A program made the position numbers and the translations under genes. The notes beneath the pieces were generated by a model, which was not told the DNA's origin, made no database searches, and was given only the letters and a program-made list of their open reading frames with translations. 19,496 bases of DNA from Candidatus Thorarchaeota archaeon (GTDB taxonomy: Archaea > Asgardarchaeota > Thorarchaeia > Thorarchaeales > Thorarchaeaceae), in assembly GCA_048884785.1 (NCBI GenBank), contig JBHLQM010000058.1, forward strand, positions 4,039 through 23,534, given 5' to 3'. This document shows, in pieces, positions 7,901 through 14,997 of this stretch; within the stretch, counting starts at the first letter, position 1; every line of letters begins with the position of its first letter.

Positions 7901-10660
7901 TATGCTGTTGATTTTGCAGGAAATGAAGAAGCTTCCACATCATTCACCATCTACATTGATACTATAGCACCAGTCACTACGGCAATTCTGGAGGGAGAGT
8001 ATGGTAGTGGCATCTTTTATCGCTCTGATGTGAATATAACACTCAGCTCTTTCGATACAACTTCAGGCATAGCTTTGATTCAGTATTCCAGGGATCTCCA
8101 GACATGGTTTGTCTATATCGGGAAGTTCCCAATAGAGGGTGAGGGTGAGTTTGTCTTCTACTACCGAGCCACCGACAATGCAGGCAACGTAGAAACATAT
8201 CACACACAATATGTTTCCATCGACAAGACGGCTCCGGTGCTCACAATAGCTCTTAGCGGTCCCGAAGGTTCAGCAGGGTGGTTCACTGGTGATGTGCTTG
8301 TCACCTTTGAAGCAACTGATGACTTCTCGGGCATTGACTATCTAGAATTCAAAATTGACGAGCTATTTGATTGGTATTCTATATGGCCAGGATATGGAGT
8401 CGTAGTTAGGTTGGCATCTGTAAATGTTTCCTATCGTGGGTGGGATGCGGCTGGTAATTATGCAGAGCTTCATCAAGCTGTACTGATAGATGTTGACGCT
8501 CCTACTTCATCTGCCAGTTTCGAGGGAACGGCTGGCACCAACGGGTGGTGGCTATCAGATGTCACAGTCACTCTTGAGGCCCTGGATACCAGCATATGGA
8601 CTGATATTCAATCAGGTGTTGATTACATTGAGTATAGCTTTGACGGGAACACTTGGACAGAATACATTGCACCATTTGATTTCACATTAGAAGAAGAAAC
8701 GTACTTCTATCACAGAGCCATCGATGTGGCGGGAAACATTGGTCCCTCAACTATAGAGAATGTGAAGATTGACAAGACAGCTCCTGCAACCATTCTGAGC
8801 TCAGAGATCATTAGTGGTCTAGGTGTTAATGTGACACTGAGTGCAACCGACAGTCTATCTGGAGTTGCAAGGATTAACTATAGTCTGGATGGCACTACTT
8901 GGTCGTTATATGTCAAGTCATTTGTTCTGGATTCAGGACCAGTTGCAGTAGTATACTTCTATGCTATTGATAACGCGGGAAACATTGAGTTGCTCAAGAT
9001 GGTCCAAGTTGAATTAGATGTCACTCCTCCCGAAACCACCTATTTACTTGCAGGCACACTTGGCCTGGAAGGATGGTATGTGTCATTTGTGAATGTAACG
9101 CTAATCGCGATAGATGATTTTGCAGATGTTGAAAAAACAGTCTACAGCTTTGATGGCACGACTTGGAATGAATACACAGGTAAATTCGGAATACAGACAG
9201 AAGGTGTGAATAGGGTCTACTTCTATTCCACAGATTCCTTCGGTAATATAGAGTCCATGAAAAGCATTGATATTCTGATAGACGTGACTCCTCCAGAAAC
9301 CTCTATGGAATGCTGGGATTGCATAGAGGAAGGTGGTATTTACTACGCGGGGCCTTTGTCGGTGTTCTCTCTGAGTGGTGAAGATCCATACGGTTCTGGA
9401 CTCGATAGAATTGAATATCGTGTCGGCTCCGGCGATTGGATTGTCTATGAAGACCCATTCCATTTGACAGTTCCCGGTATCCACATAGTTTACTATCGAG
9501 GTTTTGATGTCGCAGGAAATGAAGAGGATACGAAATCTGTTGTAGTAATTGTCAATGCATCGAAGATGACGTATACCGGACAACTGAGCGGAGTCTATTC
9601 AGACCCAGCAATTCTTGAAGCGACTTTGTTTGATTTTGCCACTGGCATGCCACTTGAAGGAATGCCGATCAAGTTCATTCTTGGTAGCCAAGTATTCTAT
9701 GCCACTACTGACTCAAGCGGTATTGCAAGCTTGACAATAATCATCGGGTATCCCGCAGGTGTCTATTCATTATCCGCAATATTTGAGGGCGACTCAGACT
9801 TTAGTTCATCTTCAGACAGTGTCGAGTTCACAGTCTTTAAGGAGAGTGCCTTTGCTTGGTACACTGGTTATACAGTTGTGGCATCTGAAGTCGAAACGAC
9901 GATGCTAAGAGCAACGGTCTTTGATGATGCGGATGGCTATTGGGGCGATTTGACTAGGATAAACGTCACATTCACCATCTATTCAATTGGAACAGACTCT
10001 TTTGACGTGGAGTGTGTTTATGGCCCTATCTCGGTAGAATTGACTGATATCGATGGAGTAGGAATTGCAGTCCTTCAGATTCCAACTCTATGCATCGGCG
10101 AGTATTTTGTAATAATAGGTTTCGATCCCAACTACAATATCTACTATACAGGTGCAGATTCCAGCCCTGTAGTCATTAGTGTTGTTGAAGCCTCCCGTGA
10201 CTTTGTTACTGGAGGTGGCTGGATTTGTGACCCAAGCGGTGGGAAGGGTACCTTCGCGTTTGTTGTCAAATACAAGAAGAATGGGCTACCGACTGGTAAT
10301 GCACTCTACATGTATAGAGAGGGGAGATGGCAGTACATTATCAAGAGTGATACATGGATTGGTTTAGGTATTGAAGGCAAACACGCCTTCTTTGAAGCAA
10401 CAGGTATTGTCTTTCGCTTTAATATTGATACTGGACGGCTTGAGCATCTCGGACGCAACTTCCTGTTCAGAATTGATATCTGGGATCAGAAGAAGGCTGA
10501 TGTGTTTCATATAACCATCTATGATGAGAACGGACTAGTCTTTCATCAGGCCGGAGATGAGTGTGGTGGTTTGCTAAAGGGAGGAAGCATCAAGATCCAC
10601 TCAAACAAGATGTGGTGCCACTGCCATTGGGACAAGATGAGAAAGAAACACTGTCACTGA
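4919..10660 (+). CDS. Large secreted/surface protein: signal peptide, 2x NosD/pectin-lyase-like beta-helix, Ig/cadherin-like domain, 2x Big_9/tandem-95-type repeats, 7x ~88-aa beta-sandwich repeats (OmpL47-like), further Ig-like region, C-terminal GGGWI (post-COAP-1-like) domain
   Basis: 5.7-kb open frame. Basic plus hydrophobic N-terminus. Asn/Gly/Ile ladders, AVDDDYSTDED and AMDDYYEV repeats, seven DxxPPxT...DxAGN repeats, and FVTGGGWI...LKGGSIKIH. ATG 4919 follows RBS GGAGTGGTGA (the track start is GTG 4910). Confidence 0.92.
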   Translation: MFRGMRIRLVLISLATFIFLLGMASFTAPVLSHALAQADLPTSQPTTVAGLSSHAPIRIWGDGEFDAMALTEGWLGSGIPGDPYIIQDLEIDLGGSSGSGILIINTFVNFQIINCNLKGATSYDEYGLGSGIKLVGVRNAEIIGNTFSNNLIAITLGAEDQFEGWEGSNENVILDNDGIGNAGGILLYGSSNNMIIGNTFSDCSRGIDIEPAFNIITSSLVGSNGNALDGNIITEASDAGILIYRSEQASIHANMISNVLGAGIEIITSSDMAIDDNVIYWNDVGIHLSSADGTFMVNNILNNPVNMIAEDTIFLEFDSNLWYDYDGFDADYNGIGDIPYTVSTFQDLNPRIWLNGYRLPLVIDGDSDLVVRALAEGWRGSGVDGDPFVFENYHIIGTSGQNSIILRNMESAYLSIQNCYFEGGEIGIQVESVAIPIDIRSNTFFGNQIGIGAMPNPMDPFFIPTDSFITAEENRFYENGYALYQLLDFSVPSEGGSIFNLNLVTGSQIAAIYIENAAYAQITSNGIIGNDGDAIHLFNVRFLQVEGNNCTSNGGIGLLLEWCSGSADQFIRGNIFSDNEYGLYFDDYTYLSIVQDNIIRGRTADAIDYGVDNLFERNMWWSYHGPDDDFDEFGDIPHLFTNNMDLTPRMGVRWTSWPIDVAIEAGQDFEYPLWIYVYSYWSDLDWFIGDTDHFSIDENGVITNIVPLSAQEYWLEVMVKGGGEIIWAFTLTVTPGNLAVDDDYSTDEDMALFVDAPGILGNDLGVDAGAFVSVLVMPDHGTLTTFSDGSFSYIPDPDWNGIDSFSYQFLEGSSIASNPATVKIEVFAVNDLPVAMDDYYEVGIDATLTIVSPGVLLNDSDIEGDQLEATLVNGPTNGVLELLPDGSFTYTPAAGWCGTDSFTYRVYESLSLLEGNTATVTIQVLDTAPPTTSYFLDRLPDNNGWYLSSVTVTLSSLDVGCGVDEIYYSLDGITWTAYIGPFSLSTEGANTVHYYAVDFAGNEEASTSFTIYIDTIAPVTTAILEGEYGSGIFYRSDVNITLSSFDTTSGIALIQYSRDLQTWFVYIGKFPIEGEGEFVFYYRATDNAGNVETYHTQYVSIDKTAPVLTIALSGPEGSAGWFTGDVLVTFEATDDFSGIDYLEFKIDELFDWYSIWPGYGVVVRLASVNVSYRGWDAAGNYAELHQAVLIDVDAPTSSASFEGTAGTNGWWLSDVTVTLEALDTSIWTDIQSGVDYIEYSFDGNTWTEYIAPFDFTLEEETYFYHRAIDVAGNIGPSTIENVKIDKTAPATILSSEIISGLGVNVTLSATDSLSGVARINYSLDGTTWSLYVKSFVLDSGPVAVVYFYAIDNAGNIELLKMVQVELDVTPPETTYLLAGTLGLEGWYVSFVNVTLIAIDDFADVEKTVYSFDGTTWNEYTGKFGIQTEGVNRVYFYSTDSFGNIESMKSIDILIDVTPPETSMECWDCIEEGGIYYAGPLSVFSLSGEDPYGSGLDRIEYRVGSGDWIVYEDPFHLTVPGIHIVYYRGFDVAGNEEDTKSVVVIVNASKMTYTGQLSGVYSDPAILEATLFDFATGMPLEGMPIKFILGSQVFYATTDSSGIASLTIIIGYPAGVYSLSAIFEGDSDFSSSSDSVEFTVFKESAFAWYTGYTVVASEVETTMLRATVFDDADGYWGDLTRINVTFTIYSIGTDSFDVECVYGPISVELTDIDGVGIAVLQIPTLCIGEYFVIIGFDPNYNIYYTGADSSPVVISVVEASRDFVTGGGWICDPSGGKGTFAFVVKYKKNGLPTGNALYMYREGRWQYIIKSDTWIGLGIEGKHAFFEATGIVFRFNIDTGRLEHLGRNFLFRIDIWDQKKADVFHITIYDENGLVFHQAGDECGGLLKGGSIKIHSNKMWCHCHWDKMRKKHCH
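7694..9553 (+). repeat. Seven tandem ~82-94-aa protein repeats inside the large secreted protein
   Basis: Units begin DTAPPTT, DTIAPVT, DKTAPVL, DVDAPTS, DKTAPAT, DVTPPET, DVTPPET. They share V(T/N)VTL..D..SG, Y..DG..W..Y and Y...D.AGN. Confidence 0.9.
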
Positions 10661-10751
10661 AACCTCCTGAACCTCAGGCTCAATACGACTGGAGATTTGA
10701 CCAGCAACCAGAGAAACGTCCAAGGGATGATGATGTCGAGTGGGGATGACC

Positions 10752-11069
10752 CTAGCGTTCCCACCTCAAGTCCTTAACAATGAAGTCCGAAATTGAACTG
10801 AGCAATCTTCCCAATTTGTCACCTTTCTTTGTAAGGACATGGATGATTTCCTTGCCTTCCTTTTCAATCTCAATTAGATCATTGTCAAGCAGGAATTTTC
10901 GAACACTTGCAACTCTCGCACCATTCAATGCTGGAAGCGTCTTGGTTTCAAGTCCTTTCTTAATAATCTCGTCAGCTCTTGCCTTACCTTTGAGACGTGT
11001 GAGGAGGAGGATTACAGTGAGCTCATACTCCCCTCTGAGCAGTTTTACAAACGGGCTGATCTTTACCAT
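10752..11069 (-). CDS. Small winged-helix DNA-binding protein (HxlR/MarR-like fold)
   Basis: wHTH wing pattern LLDNDLIEIEKEGKEIIHVLTKKGDKL. GGTGG RBS upstream. Confidence 0.78.
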   Translation of the reverse strand: MVKISPFVKLLRGEYELTVILLLTRLKGKARADEIIKKGLETKTLPALNGARVASVRKFLLDNDLIEIEKEGKEIIHVLTKKGDKLGRLLSSISDFIVKDLRWER

Positions 11070-11212
11070 ATTCTAACCACCCATTAAATCAGGGTTTTCC
11101 TCCTTGTATTATTTTCTGTGCTTCTTGGGTGTATGAAACACCATTGGATTTTTTCGGAATACTGCTTCATGCTATATCTCCTTGATACTATTCACATTTA
11201 TTAGCGAAGGCA

Positions 11213-11503
11213 ATGATGAGTATCAACGGTATGAAAGTTACTAGGGTAGCTGTAGCAGAACGAAACTACCTCAAGGGCATACTCAAGGCGTTCCTGCTTG
11301 GCAAGAAGAATCAGAACTATGTTGTTGGCTGCTTTAGAAATGTCCCTCTGAAACTATACGACGAAGTGGTTGGAGAATTATCTGAGCATGCCAATCAGCC
11401 CAGATACAAGGAGCTTTACGAAATTCGAAAGCAGCTCGAAGAGAATCTCTCCAAGAGTGCTTCAAGGACTAGATGGAGTCCCTGGGTTATTGGGAAGTAC
11501 TAG
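11213..11503 (+). CDS. Hypothetical protein (~90-96 aa)
   Basis: Fills the gap between two minus-strand genes and has soluble helical composition. No motif recognised. The start could be 11213, 11216 or 11231. Confidence 0.65.
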   Translation: MMSINGMKVTRVAVAERNYLKGILKAFLLGKKNQNYVVGCFRNVPLKLYDEVVGELSEHANQPRYKELYEIRKQLEENLSKSASRTRWSPWVIGKY

Positions 11504-11535
11504 CTTGATTACAACCATTGAATCAACAGTGATTT

Positions 11536-11862
11536 CTATTTCTCCTTCCTTGGCGTTACTCTTACTGTTTCAATCTTCTCTTCTTCTTCATATATTTCAT
11601 CCCACTGAGATGGTGAAAGCAACTCTCTAAGCCGTTCCTTTCCTCCTCGTTTCATGCGTTCGCTGGTATACACGATTTTTTGGACTTTCAGTGGGACCTC
11701 TGGGTCATCGAATTCCTCTTTGCTGTACTTGCGAAGAGTGATTTCCATGTACTCATGAAGATGTTCAAGTTGATCTTCTATGGCATCTCTCTCCTTGTCA
11801 AGTTCATAGTATTTCTCACAAATCTCTCTCATTTCTTCCTTGAATTTATCCTCTAGACTCAT
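11536..11862 (-). CDS. Hypothetical highly charged protein with an N-terminal coiled coil
   Basis: E/K-rich heptads (EEMREICEKYYELDKERDAIEDQLEHLHEYMEITL) followed by a short strand/helix/strand region. ATG 11862, alternative GTG 11871. Confidence 0.8.
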   Translation of the reverse strand: MSLEDKFKEEMREICEKYYELDKERDAIEDQLEHLHEYMEITLRKYSKEEFDDPEVPLKVQKIVYTSERMKRGGKERLRELLSPSQWDEIYEEEEKIETVRVTPRKEK

Positions 11863-11932
11863 TCTCTTCACATCGTTGGGTCTTTCACTAGGGTCCTACC
11901 ACATAATAATAATTCTGAGCACTCAATACAAT

Positions 11933-12589
11933 CTAAATTAGAATCTCTGTAATCTTCTTTGCAGATGGTAAAGCTACATTAAACACTCTGGTCTTGTCGA
12001 CCAGCGTTTCCGCTTTTGTTGCGTAGTGAATATGACCGTGAATGACCAAATCAGGTTGAGCTTCCTCGAATGTTCTTGAAACCCACCAGGAGAATGATTC
12101 CGGAAAGGTGTCCACTGAAAGGGGGCTGTAATGCAAAAGAAGAATGGAATGGTCACATGTTTGATTCAGCTGTCCAAGTTGATGTGCCATTAATTGTATC
12201 CTGCTCTCAAAGACTTCCTCAATGCTTCTGTCTTGCTTATTATTGGAGATGTCCACTATCGGAGCGCCAAGTATCCCTAAGCTCTTGTCACCCGTTGAAA
12301 TTGTTGTAGTTTCACCATCAAGGAAAATCATCTTCTCTCCAACTGTAGCACGAAGCGATTGAATTGTGACTTTTTGTTCGGAATTGCCCAAGCAAGCAAC
12401 CACTGGTACTCGTTCCTCAAATCGCTCCAAAATAGCGTCAACTACGAGGTTGTATTCGTTGAGTTTACCAGCGTCAATCATATCCCCCGCAAAAAGGAAT
12501 ACATCGGGTTTACTGCATCTTTCTAGGGCCCTCTTGAATTCAGAAAGATATCGGGGACTATGGACATCTGAAACCGCTAGTATTCTCAC
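11933..12589 (-). CDS. Calcineurin-like metallophosphoesterase (Icc-like)
   Basis: Motifs AVSDVH, FAGDMID, LGNSE, LLHYSP, IHGHIH. GTG start with GGTGA RBS. Confidence 0.92.
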   Translation of the reverse strand: MRILAVSDVHSPRYLSEFKRALERCSKPDVFLFAGDMIDAGKLNEYNLVVDAILERFEERVPVVACLGNSEQKVTIQSLRATVGEKMIFLDGETTTISTGDKSLGILGAPIVDISNNKQDRSIEEVFESRIQLMAHQLGQLNQTCDHSILLLHYSPLSVDTFPESFSWWVSRTFEEAQPDLVIHGHIHYATKAETLVDKTRVFNVALPSAKKITEILI

Positions 12590-12734
12590 TTGCTCACCCT
12601 TGATATAGATGAAGTTCGTTGTTACATCCCTATGATAAATAATTCCCAGAGTAGTCTTTAATGATGAAAACCTGAATTCATCTGCACAATTCAGCTAATT
12701 AATCACGAATCGTTTAAGATTCTGCTTGAGAGAT

Positions 12735-13190
12735 ATGCGCCGACTTAATCCAACGAAACTACATGTTCGTTTTATCAATCCTGCAAATGAAACCGGTCCA
12801 ATAATTCCTCGTTGCTATACATTGACACATTCCGATCGGACTGGTGAACTCTTTCTTACAATTGGCCCTGAATATAATCAGAAGCAAATCAGAGGGTGGT
12901 ATACACGCTTCATGCGGGATGAAGTGCTTGCCGAGTGGGTTTCTGACCCTGATGGATACGAACTTCATGTGCACTGTGAGATTGAACGGGGTTTTGGGTC
13001 TGTCAGTTTCCGAGAAGGCATTTTTCGTAGAGAGCTTGATCTAGTTCTTGAAGCATTTCGCTATGGTGATCGTCAGCTGGTTGAGGTGGCTCCAATACTT
13101 GACTCATCTCATATCAAAATCCGCTTTCACCTTCGCAATTCCAAGGATGATTACATCGAAGACTGGGGGACTCTATCTGATTATAGATAA
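12735..13190 (+). CDS. Staygreen (SGR) family protein, Mg-dechelatase homolog
   Basis: Diagnostic motifs KLHV.F, PRCYTLTHSDRTGELFLTIG, GWYTRFMRDEVLAEW, LHVHC, IFRRELDLVLEAFRYGD, EDWGTL. ATG 12735 is preferred over TTG 12726. Confidence 0.95.
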   Translation: MRRLNPTKLHVRFINPANETGPIIPRCYTLTHSDRTGELFLTIGPEYNQKQIRGWYTRFMRDEVLAEWVSDPDGYELHVHCEIERGFGSVSFREGIFRRELDLVLEAFRYGDRQLVEVAPILDSSHIKIRFHLRNSKDDYIEDWGTLSDYR

Positions 13191-13238
13191 AGAATCGGCT
13201 AGGTGAGTTCTCAAGAATCATAATATCCCCTTGATGGT

Positions 13239-13886
13239 CTAATTGCGAAGCCTTGTTAGTATCTCGATGACCTCGGTATCTGGAACATCATACCAGTTCT
13301 CATAGGCATCAGCTACTGCAAATACAAAACCTGTTCCAATCCGCGGGCAGATAAACTCACTTACCTGTTCAGCAACTAAATGTGCAGCTCCATCTGATGC
13401 TGTGGGAGCTGCCACCATGATGGTTCTGGGGGAGAGTTGTTTCACTGATTCTATTGCAGCTAGCATGGTGTACCCACTGGCAATACCGTCATCTACCAAA
13501 ATAATATCCTTACCACTTGGTTCAACAACTCCCACAAGCCCGTGATATTCTGCCCTTCTTCTCTCAATCTGCTTCTTTGTTCTTTCAACCACGCTCTCAA
13601 TTTGCTCTTTGCTTAATCGGAGGGATTTTACTAATCTATCGTTGAGCAGCAATGCCCCATATGACGTGAGTGCTCCAAATCCTGCTTCAGTATTATGCGG
13701 TATCTGTAGTTTCCTCACGATTATCGCATCAATCTCTGCGTCTAGGGCTCTCGCTATCTCTGCTCCTACTGCAACTCCTCCGTTCGGAATTGCGAGAACC
13801 AACGGACGTGTGGTGAACTTGATGAACTTTAATTGCTGTGCTAAGACCTCGCCAGCATGTGCTCTGTTTCTATACCGCACACTCAT
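13239..13886 (-). CDS. Type I phosphoribosyltransferase-family protein
   Basis: YRNRAHAGEVLA, VLAIPNGGV, PRPP-binding loop ILVDDGIASGYT, AVADAYENW. Confidence 0.92.
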   Translation of the reverse strand: MSVRYRNRAHAGEVLAQQLKFIKFTTRPLVLAIPNGGVAVGAEIARALDAEIDAIIVRKLQIPHNTEAGFGALTSYGALLLNDRLVKSLRLSKEQIESVVERTKKQIERRRAEYHGLVGVVEPSGKDIILVDDGIASGYTMLAAIESVKQLSPRTIMVAAPTASDGAAHLVAEQVSEFICPRIGTGFVFAVADAYENWYDVPDTEVIEILTRLRN

Positions 13887-13927
13887 TGTGAAAATATTAG
13901 CTTGACATGAATAAATATCTTCAGCAG

Positions 13928-13976
13928 AAAAAAAGAACCAAGGATGAAGAGGTGAACGCCATCTTCATCACATGGT
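13928..13976 (-). terminator. Hairpin plus T-tract, putative terminator of the ArsR-TM/small ORF operon
   Basis: GATGAAGA (13943-13950) pairs with TCTTCATC (13962-13969), with outer ACCA/TGGT pairing. On the minus strand it is followed by TCTTTTTTT (A7 at 13928-13934), 20 bp after the 13996 stop. Confidence 0.65.
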
Positions 13977-13995
13977 CCAAACTAAGCTTGAGCTA

Positions 13996-14154
13996 TTATT
14001 GCGATGGAGCAGGGCGGTCATCTTCGTCATCAACTGGTCCAGTGTAACTACCTGGATCAACTCCAGCCAACACCGATAATATGTACCTGCTTAGAGGCCG
14101 CGAAAGGATCTCAAGCAAATGATCCAATTCTTTGGAAAGGTCCTCATTGCTCAT
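13996..14154 (-). CDS. Small hypothetical protein (52 aa) translationally coupled to the upstream regulator
   Basis: ATG at 14154 overlaps the end of the upstream gene (stop 14144-14146). Sequence MSNEDLSKELDHLLEILSRPLSRYILSVLAGVDPGSYTGPVDDEDDRPAPSQ. Double stop followed by a terminator-like hairpin. Confidence 0.65.
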   Translation of the reverse strand: MSNEDLSKELDHLLEILSRPLSRYILSVLAGVDPGSYTGPVDDEDDRPAPSQ

Positions 14155-14947
14155 TCTCTGCTTCCTCCAAACGGTATGCCTTTCTTCTTGCATGGATCAG
14201 TAAACCGATTGTCAATAGTGCTGTGTTGATCGCAGAGATCAGCAGACCCCACCATTCCACAGAGTACCATTGCATTGCGTCTGAAATTGGGAGAAGGAAA
14301 GTCAGAATGCCTGCAACTACGGCTCCCGCTGCAAAGAATGTTATTGCAAAGAAGCTATTCCTGTTAGGTGACCGTATGAAGAACCAGTTGGACGACAGAA
14401 AGACAATCGCCGAAACTCCGATTCGGAATTTTCTGATAATATTGATCATCTTTGCCGTTGACACAATGGTCAATGTAAGAAACAGGAGCAAAACAATGCC
14501 CGAGATCGATACCCAGATGCTAGCCGATTCGTAAATCAGTATGAATCCAACGGTACTAAGAATAGTTAGCATAAAACCTATCATGAAACCCATTTGGCTC
14601 GTGAAGAGGTCCAGTTCCTTTTTCGGACTCATTGACATAACTGCGGATAACACTCCGTAGCGGTCTATCTTGGTTTCTTTGGCTACTTGGTCAACTAAAA
14701 TCAGTGCGCGCTTTCCCAAGTCTGTAATCCTGTATTCTCCATTCGTTCTCTCAATCAATCCTGCTTCACTGAGTTCCTTCAAATGATAGTTGAATTTTCC
14801 ACTCATTAGGGATGGATCGAGATTAAGCACGTGCATAATCTCAGTATAAGTTGCGGTTCCCTTCTCTGAGATTTGCCTCATAATTATTCGACGTGTTGAA
14901 CTGGACAGCGCCTTCAACACATTTTCAGATTCGGAATTCATTTTCAA
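14144..14947 (-). CDS. ArsR-like winged-helix regulator fused to a multi-TM membrane domain
   Basis: VLKALSSSTRRIIMRQI...ATYTEIM...SGKFNYHLKELSEAGLIERTNGEYRITDLG followed by about 4-5 hydrophobic segments. Start TTG 14947 or ATG 14941. Confidence 0.88.
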   Translation of the reverse strand: MKMNSESENVLKALSSSTRRIIMRQISEKGTATYTEIMHVLNLDPSLMSGKFNYHLKELSEAGLIERTNGEYRITDLGKRALILVDQVAKETKIDRYGVLSAVMSMSPKKELDLFTSQMGFMIGFMLTILSTVGFILIYESASIWVSISGIVLLLFLTLTIVSTAKMINIIRKFRIGVSAIVFLSSNWFFIRSPNRNSFFAITFFAAGAVVAGILTFLLPISDAMQWYSVEWWGLLISAINTALLTIGLLIHARRKAYRLEEAENEQ

Positions 14948-14997
14948 TACCGGTATGTACTTGGATTACTAGATATTTAACCAATTTTCACTAACTT

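Noticed and set aside
7694-9553. Repeats as a CRISPR array, DGR template/variable pair or DNA tandem repeat
   Set aside because: Similarity is at the protein level and diverged in DNA. There are no identical spaced repeats, no adenine-specific mismatch pair that I could see, and no reverse transcriptase.
10576-10582. A-AAG-GGA heptamer as a -1 frameshift site
   Set aside because: The G-run is non-canonical for slippage, and a shift here would destroy the conserved-looking GGSIKIH ending.
10658-10777. Selenocysteine readthrough of the TGA after ...KKHCH
   Set aside because: The readthrough peptide is unremarkable and runs into the convergent gene. No recognisable SECIS element is nearby.
2881-11871. 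Provirus or genomic island suggested by two virus-like small genes and a giant surface protein
   Set aside because: No integrase, transposase, capsid, terminase, tRNA or flanking direct repeats were seen.
11933-12589. Mre11/SbcD nuclease
   Set aside because: At 218 aa it is too short, it lacks the capping domain and GNH motif, and there is no Rad50/SbcC ATPase nearby.
14004-14534. 176-aa plus-strand ORF, and similar shadow ORFs (e.g. 9101-9583, 18985-19473, 2850-3206, 678-992, 138-410)
   Set aside because: They are antisense or off-frame to well-supported genes and carry no motifs.
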